From positions 21,275-85,274 of the forward strand of contig JANXVZ010000027.1 of NCBI GenBank assembly GCA_025351405.1: a DNA stretch of 64,000 bases, read 5' to 3'. Below the pieces are notes generated by a model. It had not been told where the DNA came from, did no database searches, and worked only from the letters and a program-made list of their open reading frames with translations. Source of the stretch: Sphingomonadales bacterium. GTDB lineage: Bacteria; Pseudomonadota; Alphaproteobacteria; Sphingomonadales; Sphingomonadaceae. Below, in pieces: positions 48,256-57,052 of the stretch (its first letter is position 1; each line of letters opens with the position of its first letter). A program made the translations under genes and the position numbers.

Positions 48256-48528
48256 TCAGCGCTTGTCGTCGCCCGACCTTGTATCCCCGCCACCGGTACG
48301 GGTGTCACCGCCGCCCGATCGCGTATCGCCGCTGCCGGTGCGGGTGTCACCACCCCCGGAGCGGGTGCCGTCGCTGGTGACGGCGGGTTCGGCGGGCGGG
48401 GCTTCCGCCGCCGGGGCCACCGCTTGTTCCGAAGCCGTGGCGTCGGTCGGCGGGGCCGGGGCCTTTTGTTTGCCACACGCCGAAAGCGGCAGCGCTGCAA
48501 CGACGGCGATGGCAAGAATTGCACGCAT
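48256..48528 (-). CDS. Small lipoprotein (90 aa) with C-terminal [S/T]G[G/S]GDTR repeats
   Basis: AAAGGT RBS, lipobox LSAC, Pro/Ala linker, then a repeat tail. Confidence 0.75.
   Translation of the reverse strand: MRAILAIAVVAALPLSACGKQKAPAPPTDATASEQAVAPAAEAPPAEPAVTSDGTRSGGGDTRTGSGDTRSGGGDTRTGGGDTRSGDDKR
48259..48375 (-). repeat. 21-bp (7-aa) tandem coding repeat: four full units at 48277-48360 plus degenerate flanks
   Basis: Encodes SDGTR-SGGGDTR-TGSGDTR-SGGGDTR-TGGGDTR-SGDDKR, with synonymous codon differences between units. Confidence 0.9.
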
Positions 48529-48574
48529 TGTCGGACCTTTCATTGCGGCCCCCGGCCGTTCACGATTGTGAAAG

Positions 48575-50506
48575 CTATGCCAAACCCATCCGGCCTAGCA
48601 ACCGGTTATATCGGGCATCGTTCCGAAGTGGCGCGAACATCGGGTCGATGAGCGTCGAGGCCATGCCGCCATCGCGGATGTCATAGGCGCGTTCCAGCGC
48701 CGCAAAGGCATCCTCCGTGCGGCCCCATTGTGCCAGCACCTGGGCCTGCTGATAGCTGGCGTTGTCGCCGTGCAGCGTAACCAGTTCCGTCAATGCCGCT
48801 TCGGCTGCCGGCCGGTTGCCAAGCTTGTGGTCGACGATCGCCAGACCGGCCAGCCGCAATATCGGCAAAGGCTCGGCGGCAAAGGCGGTGCGGGCCGCCG
48901 AAGCATCGGCCAGCATCAACTGGGCAAAACCGATCTGGGAATGCGCAGAAGACAGCTTCGCGTTCATCGCCAGCGCCTGTTCTGCCCGCGCCACTGCACT
49001 CCGGTAATTGCCTGTGGCAAGTTCGATGGCGGAATCGGCACGAAAGGTGCGGGGATTGAGCGGGTCGAGCTGTTCGGCGTGGACGATCACCCGGCGCGCA
49101 TCCTCGCCGCGCCCCGCCTTGGCAGTAAAATAGGCGTACATCAGCAGGATATCGGCATCCCCCTGTCCCAGGGCAAAGGCACGGTCATACGCGGTGCGCG
49201 AGCCCCTGAAGTCGAGAAAGCCGTTGAGGGTGGCATAGCCCAGCGCAAGATGTGCCGCGGCGAGGTCGGGTGCCAGCGCCACCGCCCGCTGTGCGGCAGC
49301 AACCGCCGCGCCGTAGGTATCGACGATGCGGTCTGCCTTGGCGTACAGGCTGGCGATCCCGGCCAGGGAGCGCGAGCGCGCCGCATGGGCGGCGGCAAAA
49401 CCGGGGTCGAGCGATATGGCTTCGTCGAAGCGCGCCAGCGCGGCGCGATCCGCGCTCTCGCCGGCGTCGCCGTTGAACAACGCCCGCCCGCGCAGGAAAG
49501 CGTCATAGGCGGCAACGACAGTGGTTCCGCCGGGGGCCTTGCCGCCCGCCGTGGTGACATGACTGAGCAGCGCGCTGGCGACGGTGACCGCAATCTCGCT
49601 CTGCAATGCGAAAATGTCATCGAGCTTGCGGTCGAAACTTTGCGACCAGCTGGCAAAGCCGGCCGCCACATCGGTCAACGTCACATCGATGCGGACAAGG
49701 TTGCCGGATTTTCGCACATTGCCGTCGAGCAGATAGCCGACGCCGAGCTTGCGGGCGATCTCCCGTGCATCTTCCTTGTGATCGCGAAACTCGTTCGACG
49801 ATGTCGGCGCGGCGACCTTCAGCCCGGCGACGCGGACGAGGGCCGCACGAACCTCCTCGCAAAGACCCTCGGAGAAATAGTCCTGGCTCCTGTCGCCGCT
49901 GAGATTGGCAAAGGGCAGGACCGCCAGCGCATTCCTGACAACACCTTGCCGCCACGGCTTGATGGCGACCATGGCTGCGGCGGCTGCGAGCACGGCGACG
50001 CCGCCACCCCCGGCAATCAGCGCGCGGCGGGAAACCCAGGTTCGCGCCACTGGGGCGGAATATTCGAGGTCGACGGTGTCTGCAGCGGCTGCGATGCCGC
50101 GCTCAAGGCTGGCGAACTCGGCAGCGTCGGCTCGCCTGTTCCAGCGCGACAGGTCGATCGTGTGATATTGCCGAAAGCCCAGGGGCGGTTCCGCGCCATC
50201 GATGGTGACGGGCACCAGCCGCTTGCGATCGCGGGCATGGGCAGCCTCGTCGCGCACCCAGTCCGATGCGACCGAATTTGCGGACCAGACGACGATCACG
50301 GCTTCGGCTGCGGCAAGCTTGCCCTCGATGGTCCTGGCAAAGGCCGCGCCGCCCGCGATCAATGCGTCCCACCACAGCGGGTAGCCGGCAACGATGAGCG
50401 CATCGACCAGCGGACGCACCTTTTCACGGTCAGCGCGAGCATAGCTGACGAACAGGCCCGGTTTGACAGCCACCATCGCATCCTGGTCGTTGGCCGTGAC
50501 CTTCAC
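48575..50506 (-). CDS. TIR domain - TM - TolB-N-like - TPR protein
   Basis: TIR motifs LFVSYARAD, WWD, VIVVWSANSVASDWVRDEA (catalytic-type Glu); hydrophobic helix ALIAGGGGVAVLAAAAAMVAI; LAVLPFANLSGD...YFSEG; TPR helices. Alternative ATG at 50476. Confidence 0.9.
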   Translation of the reverse strand: MKVTANDQDAMVAVKPGLFVSYARADREKVRPLVDALIVAGYPLWWDALIAGGAAFARTIEGKLAAAEAVIVVWSANSVASDWVRDEAAHARDRKRLVPVTIDGAEPPLGFRQYHTIDLSRWNRRADAAEFASLERGIAAAADTVDLEYSAPVARTWVSRRALIAGGGGVAVLAAAAAMVAIKPWRQGVVRNALAVLPFANLSGDRSQDYFSEGLCEEVRAALVRVAGLKVAAPTSSNEFRDHKEDAREIARKLGVGYLLDGNVRKSGNLVRIDVTLTDVAAGFASWSQSFDRKLDDIFALQSEIAVTVASALLSHVTTAGGKAPGGTTVVAAYDAFLRGRALFNGDAGESADRAALARFDEAISLDPGFAAAHAARSRSLAGIASLYAKADRIVDTYGAAVAAAQRAVALAPDLAAAHLALGYATLNGFLDFRGSRTAYDRAFALGQGDADILLMYAYFTAKAGRGEDARRVIVHAEQLDPLNPRTFRADSAIELATGNYRSAVARAEQALAMNAKLSSAHSQIGFAQLMLADASAARTAFAAEPLPILRLAGLAIVDHKLGNRPAAEAALTELVTLHGDNASYQQAQVLAQWGRTEDAFAALERAYDIRDGGMASTLIDPMFAPLRNDARYNRLLGRMGLA

Positions 50507-50536
50507 CCCGATTGCCCCTGAATCCCAACAACGGTT

Positions 50537-51586
50537 CTAGTGTGTCGTTACGGGGTTGGAAAGCTTTGCTCCGGCATCCCTGATCCAGTCCCGATAGGCC
50601 GATACATTGGTGTAGATGGCCGGTGTATCGGGCAGCGCGCAGCCGCGCCCCCACGACACCAGGCCAACCAGCACCCGCTCGCTGCCCTGCGCTCTCGTCA
50701 TCGGCCCGCCGCTGTCGCCGTTGCAACTGTCGACCCCGGGGCGGTCGGACACAGCGCATACCGTCTGTGCGACAGCACGGTCGCGGTAGTTGGGCAGCGC
50801 CGCGCAGGCCGGGTCCTGCGGGGTCTGGTTGATCTGCATCAGGATCGGCGACATGTGGTTGAGCGTCTTGCCGTCGCGCGCCATCTCGCCGCCGCCTGAA
50901 TCGCGCGCCAGCGTCCGGCCCCAGCCGGTGATGCGCAGGCGGTCACCCTGGCCTAGCGGCACATCACCGGGGCGCGAGCCAAGGATGCGGATCCGCGCCT
51001 GTTCCCGCCGGAAACGCCGCGCCGGCGCGTTGTCCGCGGCGATCCGCAGGATGGCAATATCGTTCAGCGGCGGATCACCGCGCACATAGCCGGGATGTTG
51101 CTGCCATGCGACAATGCGAAAGGTCACGCCGTTGTTCTTCAGGTTCTGGGTCCCCATCCGGACGCCGCGCGCCGTTCCAAAGCCCGCGACATTGTCCAGA
51201 CAATGGGCAGCCGTGAGCACGAGATCGCCGCCGATATATACGCCACCGCAGCGGTGGGCGATTTCCCATTTTTCCTTCTCTGCAAGATGGAAGCATCCCT
51301 TGCCGGGCTTGCAGTCGTCGGCGATCTCCTGCGGCGTGTAGACATGGGTCGAATAGATCTGCACTTGCCAGGGGGCGCTGCCTGCGGGCGCCGCCGAACC
51401 GCCGACGATGCGGCCTTCTCCCTCCGGGCTTTCGGGCGGAGCGGGGGTGGCAGCGGGAGTGGCAGGGGGCGCCTCCGGGGCCGCTGCCCCTGCAGGCTCT
51501 GCTGCTGGCTGCGCAGCCGCTGCCGGCGCCAGGCAGGCAAGCGCCGACCAGGCCAGCGTCACCGAGGCAAGGACCAGATATTTCAT
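50537..51586 (-). CDS. Exported trypsin-like serine protease (S1) zymogen
   Basis: Signal peptide, Pro/Ala propeptide, R|IVGG, HRCGG, LTAAHC, NDIAIL and DSCNGDSGGP; GLVSWGRGC. Confidence 0.93.
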   Translation of the reverse strand: MKYLVLASVTLAWSALACLAPAAAAQPAAEPAGAAAPEAPPATPAATPAPPESPEGEGRIVGGSAAPAGSAPWQVQIYSTHVYTPQEIADDCKPGKGCFHLAEKEKWEIAHRCGGVYIGGDLVLTAAHCLDNVAGFGTARGVRMGTQNLKNNGVTFRIVAWQQHPGYVRGDPPLNDIAILRIAADNAPARRFRREQARIRILGSRPGDVPLGQGDRLRITGWGRTLARDSGGGEMARDGKTLNHMSPILMQINQTPQDPACAALPNYRDRAVAQTVCAVSDRPGVDSCNGDSGGPMTRAQGSERVLVGLVSWGRGCALPDTPAIYTNVSAYRDWIRDAGAKLSNPVTTH

Positions 51587-53601
51587 GGCGGTGACCCCTT
51601 TCGCATGACCAGTGCGTCTTCGATCGTGACGGTCCAGTCGCCCAGCGTCGGCAGGCCGCCATCGCGGGCGCCGCTGCCGCCATTGGTGCAGACGCCGCGC
51701 GCTTCGGCCTCGGTATCGCACGGCCCCGACATGCGGCGGCGCATCGGTGGCTGCTCCAGGGCTGCCACATTGATCGGCGCGTCGGTCGCCAGAATCACAA
51801 ATCGGTATAGCCCGGTGGTGTTGAGCGCAAAGGGGCCGGGCCGTTGCGCGGCACCCCCGGGCATCGGCGGATCCTTGCCATGCGCGGTCGGAATCAACTG
51901 GGTGATCCCGTACCGATTGTCGATGACCAGCACCGAGATATAGCGCGCCGCGGCGCCTTTGTTGGTCACAGTGAGGACCAGCGGGGTATCGACGGGCACA
52001 CGGCGTTGTTTGTCGACAGGTTCGGGGCAGGTCTGGAGCGGATGATCGAGCCGGGTCGAAAGGCACAGGGCAAGCCCGGCCTGTTCAGCGCTGCCGGACG
52101 CCAGCGAGACCAGGCGCTGGGCATTGTATGCCGGCAGCAGCGCCATCCGCAGCTGTTCGGCAAGATCCGGCTCGGTGACAGGGCCAATTGTGGCGAGGCC
52201 GTCGCCATCACCCGAATTCAGGTAGACCGGAACATCATCCGCGGTGCCACGACGCAGCAGATTGAACTGGGCCGAGGACCCGGCAGTGACGACGTCGACA
52301 AAGCCCAGCGAGGCGAGCGCCTTTCTGAGCCGGCTCTGGTCCGGTGGGGTTGCTTCGGATACCGAGGCTTTTAGCCGGTCGTTGCCGAAGGCATGGGCGG
52401 TTTCACGCCCAACCAGTATCGGCGGGAGCGGGCGTTCCGGTTGGCTGTCGAGGCTCAACCGGGCCTGCCCGTCGGTGATCACGGTCACTGTCGCCAGCGC
52501 CAGCGGCTTGGCTGCATCGTTCAGCGCGTCGGCCTGGTTCGCGAACAGGGCGAATTTCGATCCGACGCTCATCCCCAGCAGCCGCCCGGCGGCGAGGGCG
52601 ATGCCGTCGGTCCCGGCTTCGGCATCGAACAAGGCGACGCCGATCGCCTCCCCGCCGAAACGCGCCTGGAGTGCGCCTTCGGCCTGCGGATGCTGGCGCT
52701 TGTGGCCGCCCTGTTCCACCCTCAGCCGCACGGCGGTGGCGATATCCCCAAAGGTTGCGTCCGGCCGGGCGACAAGCGCCTGGGCAAAGGCAGTGGTGAA
52801 GACGCCATGGACACTGGCGCCCGCGACGACCTCTCGGGCTTCCTCGTCGTCGCGGGAGGCGCCGAAATGAACGCGGTAGCCGCCGCCGGGACCGACAGCC
52901 GCCAGATCCGGGCGGAAATCGGCGTGATGCCCGATCGAGACGCCCTTGACGCCGCGATTGAAGCCTTCGCCGGCCTCGCCGCGCGTAGCGGTGCCTGAGT
53001 TGCACGAATCGAAGATGGTCACGACATTGACGCCGCGGGCGCTGGCGACATCGATGATGCGGCGGATCTCGCGATCGACGATGTCGGCCGCGGCGGTGGC
53101 ATCCGGGTTGCGCGCATCGGTCGGCAGGATGGTGCTGTCCACCCCGGAGGCCTGGTCGAAAACCTGGTCGTCGGCGATGGTCGAGCCGTGCCCTGCGAAA
53201 TAGAAGATCACCGTGTCACGCGGTGCCGAAGCGGCGATCAGGCTGGTCAGTGACGCGAGGATCTGCTTGCGCGTGGCGCAGCCGTCGGTGAGCGTGATCG
53301 AAAGCCCATTCGACGTCGCGCACTTGCCCGGCACCGCCGTATCGAACGACAGGCGATAGGCAATCGCCAGGGCCTGCTTGATTGCCTGGGCGTCCGACAC
53401 GGCCCCCCGCAAATCGCCGAAATCCGCATCGGGATAGGCAGGTCGCCGTGAAAACTGGTATTTGTCGATCCCGACGAACAGCCCGCGGATTGCCGGAGCG
53501 GCGTGCCCGTTCTGTGCGGCCGACGCGGCCGGGGAGGTCTGTGCGGCCGGCGCGGCGGCCGATGCCAGCAAAAGCGGCAGCGTGAGCCACAGCCGCTTCA
53601 C
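51583..53601 (-). CDS. Exported caspase-family (C14) protease with C-terminal DUF4384-like domain
   Basis: Signal peptide, GLFVGIDKY, DLRGAVSDA, IFYFAGHGS (His), IFDSCNSG (Cys) and HGVFTTAF. GTGA and ATGA overlaps with its neighbours. Confidence 0.9.
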   Translation of the reverse strand: MKRLWLTLPLLLASAAAPAAQTSPAASAAQNGHAAPAIRGLFVGIDKYQFSRRPAYPDADFGDLRGAVSDAQAIKQALAIAYRLSFDTAVPGKCATSNGLSITLTDGCATRKQILASLTSLIAASAPRDTVIFYFAGHGSTIADDQVFDQASGVDSTILPTDARNPDATAAADIVDREIRRIIDVASARGVNVVTIFDSCNSGTATRGEAGEGFNRGVKGVSIGHHADFRPDLAAVGPGGGYRVHFGASRDDEEAREVVAGASVHGVFTTAFAQALVARPDATFGDIATAVRLRVEQGGHKRQHPQAEGALQARFGGEAIGVALFDAEAGTDGIALAAGRLLGMSVGSKFALFANQADALNDAAKPLALATVTVITDGQARLSLDSQPERPLPPILVGRETAHAFGNDRLKASVSEATPPDQSRLRKALASLGFVDVVTAGSSAQFNLLRRGTADDVPVYLNSGDGDGLATIGPVTEPDLAEQLRMALLPAYNAQRLVSLASGSAEQAGLALCLSTRLDHPLQTCPEPVDKQRRVPVDTPLVLTVTNKGAAARYISVLVIDNRYGITQLIPTAHGKDPPMPGGAAQRPGPFALNTTGLYRFVILATDAPINVAALEQPPMRRRMSGPCDTEAEARGVCTNGGSGARDGGLPTLGDWTVTIEDALVMRKGSPP

Positions 53602-56600
53602 GGGCGCAGCCGTCGCAACACAAGCTGGCTGGCGGAGCCCGTGAAGTCGAACAGCGACGGTTCCTGAACCGGGCGCCGCGCCGCGGTGCCATCGAGGAAA
53701 TCGACACCGCGCGCACCGCTCGGCGCGCCGGGGCGGCGCGCAATCCGGCTGTCCTGGCTCAGCATCGGCAGGCGATGCACGGCGTAACGCAGCCATTCGT
53801 CGAGTGTGATCGCGCCGTCGCCATTTTCATCGGCCATCCCGCCATTGGCAGTGATGCCTTCATCGGCAAGCGCATAGGTGAGCAACCCTTGCCCCAGGTT
53901 GGCGGATTCGAGCGCGATGTCGTCGGCCTGGGTCGCGGCCAGGATCCGCATCCGCTTGTCAAATGCCAGCTGGCCCAGGCCGCCGTCCCCCATCGGGCCA
54001 GGACGGAAACCGCCTGCATCGACGCTGGCGGCCGAATGACAGGCATCGATGATCATCGCCATCTCGCCGGCATCGATGCGTCGCAGAAAGCGCGACATCT
54101 CAAGCGTCGAGACAAACGACGCAACATCGGGCGCCAGGGTCGCGTCGGGCCAGCGTGCGTCGGTGGGCAGCAGGTAGAAATTGCCTTGCCGATCGGCCCA
54201 GCCATGGCCCGAAAATGAAATCAGCACGACATCGTCCGGCCCGGCGGCATCAAGCGTCGACGCATCGATGCCCCGCGCCTGCAGCCGCGCCAGTGCTTCA
54301 CGGCGGGGGCTTCCGCCAAGGATGCCGAAGACATCGGCCAGCGCCGCCCGTGTTATGTCCGGGCTGCCGGGCTTCCCGGTACCCGCCAGCACCAGCAGGT
54401 GGACATTTTCGGCATCGGGCAGCGTGGCCAGCCGCGCACCGATCAGCGCTGCATCGTCCGCGGCGAAATTGAGCCGGAGCCGGGGTTCGGCATAACCGTC
54501 GATGCCGATGGCCACGACAAAGATGCGCCGCCTTGACGTGGCGACGGACGGCGGCCGGTAGAGTTGCCGGGCGGTTTCGCTCTTAACCCGGTCCTCGTTG
54601 AAGGCATAGGCGGTGAATTCGACCGGTGCGCCGCTGGTGGAGACCCTGACCGGCAGGCGAATTCGCGCCACCCCATCCTTGCCGACAACCACCCGGTTTT
54701 CCTGCCGCCAGCGCTTCAGGTCGAACTGCAGCGCATCGGGAGCGCCGCCCGGCGACTGGGCAACGAGGCTGCCGTTGCGGAACAACCGCAGGTCGTACCC
54801 GTCGCTGTGCAACTTGCCGTTGGGCGCATCGGGACGCGATCCGGGGCGCAGTTCGAGACCGACAAGCACATTGCCGGGGGTCGCAGCCTTGGTGATGCCG
54901 GTAATCCGCACCGTCGGCAGCACCCGGTTGATATCGGCCAGCCGGGCGACGGGGCGAAACGCGCTGGCGCAGCTGTCGGTCAGCGTACAGGCCATCACGC
55001 GGGGTCCGAGCCGGGGCTCGAAGAAATTGCGCATGAAGGTCTGCGGCCCCAGCGACTGCAGCGGCGCGTCGGACACCACCCAGCGAAAGTCGCGGGTGTC
55101 GGCACCCAGGTCGGTATCATAGCGACCATCGGGGGCCATGGTGAAAAAGCTGCGATCATTCACGAGGTAGGTTCGCAACACCTCCGGGCTGGCAAAAGCG
55201 TCGTCGCGGCGGGGACGCCACAGGACGATGCCGTCGGTGTTGGTCACCACCCAGCGCAATGGACTGCCCGGGATCGCGCCTTCCGCCACGACATTCTTGA
55301 ACAACAGCCGTGATTCGCGCGCTCCGCCGGCTATGCTGACGGCACTGATCGGTTGATCGGCGATTTCGGCAAACCGTTCGTACCAGCTCTTGCCATCGCT
55401 GCTGACCGTTGCCCGGGCCAACGCCTCCACCGGCGGCGCATTTCCTTCAAGCGCGGTGAAAGGCGCGGCGGCCATCTCCCAGCGGTAAAACCTTCCGTCG
55501 CGGCTCAGCCCGACGGACTTGCTGTCCGCTGCAAATTCGATCACCGGATAGGTGCTCCCGTCCGGCAGCGCGGTCTCGGCGATCACGGTTCCGTCTTCTG
55601 TATCGATGGCGCGCACGAGATGGCTGCTTGTCGTCACGATCAGGCGCTTGCCGTCCGGCGTTGCCGCAAGCGTTTCGATAAAGGTGCCGCTCGCGTCGGC
55701 AGGCCCCAACGCCTGCCAGCCGGTTGCCGGATCATAGCGCTGCAGGCCTTGTTCCCCGCGGCCGTGCAAGGCGGTGCAGTTGCCGAGCCCGGCGCCGATG
55801 ATGACGCCGTTGCCAAGCGCCTGTGTGTAGCAGCGGAAGGGGATCAAATCCCCCGCCGCCTTGCCGGTGGACGCCGCGATCACCCGCGACACACCGGGCT
55901 TGCCCGCCTGGGCGGAATTGCGGTCCCCGCCGCTGTTGTCGCCCGGCAAAAGCACCTTCTCGTCATCCAGCCAGGTGACCGTCGAATGGAACCCCTCGAC
56001 CGTGACCCGGGATACGACGGCCCAGACGGCAAGATCGAACACCATGATACCGGACCGGCGTTGTTGCCCCGCGGTGGCGGGCGTCTGGGCGACGTCGAAA
56101 ATCAGCGCCATCCGCTTTCCATCGGGGGACAGTGCAGCGCCAAAGGCCATGGTCGGCTCGGGCTTGTCGAGCTTGCGCACCGGCCTGCCCCGCGCGTCCT
56201 CGATGACGAAGGGATAGTCGCCGACATCGATGCGAAGCTGGCCGTTGTGCGAAGCGATGACCCTGCCTTGCAATCCCGTCCCGATGCACGGCGCCATGGG
56301 CTCCCCTGTCTGGACCTGCCAGTCGCCGCCGCCGAGCGGCGGCAGGCGCATCGTCAGCGCGGTGCAAAAGCTGCTGTCGGTATCGCGAATGTTGGCCTTG
56401 ACCGTCAGGCCGGAGTTGTGATCGACCCTCGCGTCCCACGCCTCGATATTGGACTTCGGGTCAAAGGCGGGAAACGGGACAAGGTTGACGATATCGCCCG
56501 TCGCTGCATCCCACACCGTGACGCTGCGCACGAGGTTGTCGATGCCGATCACGAACCTATCATCCCGGCTCCAGGCGAAAACGGTCTGTGTCGGGATGGT

Positions 56601-56777
56601 GCGTTGCAGCACAAGCTTTGGGTAGGCCGCGTCACTGGGGGCAATCCGCTTGCCGACGTTTGCCGCGTCGCCCGCCGTGGCGGCCCTGGCGCATGGCGAG
56701 CAACCCAGGGTGAAGGCGATCACCAGCATGTTCGGGATGTTGTGCGCCCAATATGCCCTGCGGCGGATGCTGGCCAT
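53598..56777 (-). CDS. Beta-propeller (WD40/PD40-like) - caspase-family (C14) fusion protein, probable signal peptide
   Basis: Propeller repeats FAWSRDDR, ALSPDGKR, ATPDGKR and VSSDGK; FVVAIGIDGY; ISFSGHG (His); IIDACHSA (Cys); GLLTYAL; ADENGDGAITLDEW. Confidence 0.88.
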   Translation of the reverse strand: MASIRRRAYWAHNIPNMLVIAFTLGCSPCARAATAGDAANVGKRIAPSDAAYPKLVLQRTIPTQTVFAWSRDDRFVIGIDNLVRSVTVWDAATGDIVNLVPFPAFDPKSNIEAWDARVDHNSGLTVKANIRDTDSSFCTALTMRLPPLGGGDWQVQTGEPMAPCIGTGLQGRVIASHNGQLRIDVGDYPFVIEDARGRPVRKLDKPEPTMAFGAALSPDGKRMALIFDVAQTPATAGQQRRSGIMVFDLAVWAVVSRVTVEGFHSTVTWLDDEKVLLPGDNSGGDRNSAQAGKPGVSRVIAASTGKAAGDLIPFRCYTQALGNGVIIGAGLGNCTALHGRGEQGLQRYDPATGWQALGPADASGTFIETLAATPDGKRLIVTTSSHLVRAIDTEDGTVIAETALPDGSTYPVIEFAADSKSVGLSRDGRFYRWEMAAAPFTALEGNAPPVEALARATVSSDGKSWYERFAEIADQPISAVSIAGGARESRLLFKNVVAEGAIPGSPLRWVVTNTDGIVLWRPRRDDAFASPEVLRTYLVNDRSFFTMAPDGRYDTDLGADTRDFRWVVSDAPLQSLGPQTFMRNFFEPRLGPRVMACTLTDSCASAFRPVARLADINRVLPTVRITGITKAATPGNVLVGLELRPGSRPDAPNGKLHSDGYDLRLFRNGSLVAQSPGGAPDALQFDLKRWRQENRVVVGKDGVARIRLPVRVSTSGAPVEFTAYAFNEDRVKSETARQLYRPPSVATSRRRIFVVAIGIDGYAEPRLRLNFAADDAALIGARLATLPDAENVHLLVLAGTGKPGSPDITRAALADVFGILGGSPRREALARLQARGIDASTLDAAGPDDVVLISFSGHGWADRQGNFYLLPTDARWPDATLAPDVASFVSTLEMSRFLRRIDAGEMAMIIDACHSAASVDAGGFRPGPMGDGGLGQLAFDKRMRILAATQADDIALESANLGQGLLTYALADEGITANGGMADENGDGAITLDEWLRYAVHRLPMLSQDSRIARRPGAPSGARGVDFLDGTAARRPVQEPSLFDFTGSASQLVLRRLRP

Positions 56778-57052
56778 CACCGGACCCTTTCTGCCCTGAA
56801 GGTGCGGCTGAACCGACAGGGTGTCAATCAGCGCCGGTGGCCGCTGGCGGCGGCTTTCCATGCCGCCTCGATCCGGGCTCATGCGTCGTCAGCCGGTGCG
56901 GTGCGTCGCAAGCCCCGGTATGCCAACCGGGGAGGACGGTCTGCACCGCTATCGGCAGGATTTTGCGCTGGCGCTGCTGAACATGCTATCGCGCTTTGCC
57001 GACGGGCGGGATCGAAACGGGGGGATCGCGTAGTGCATCTGGTGGGGCATGA

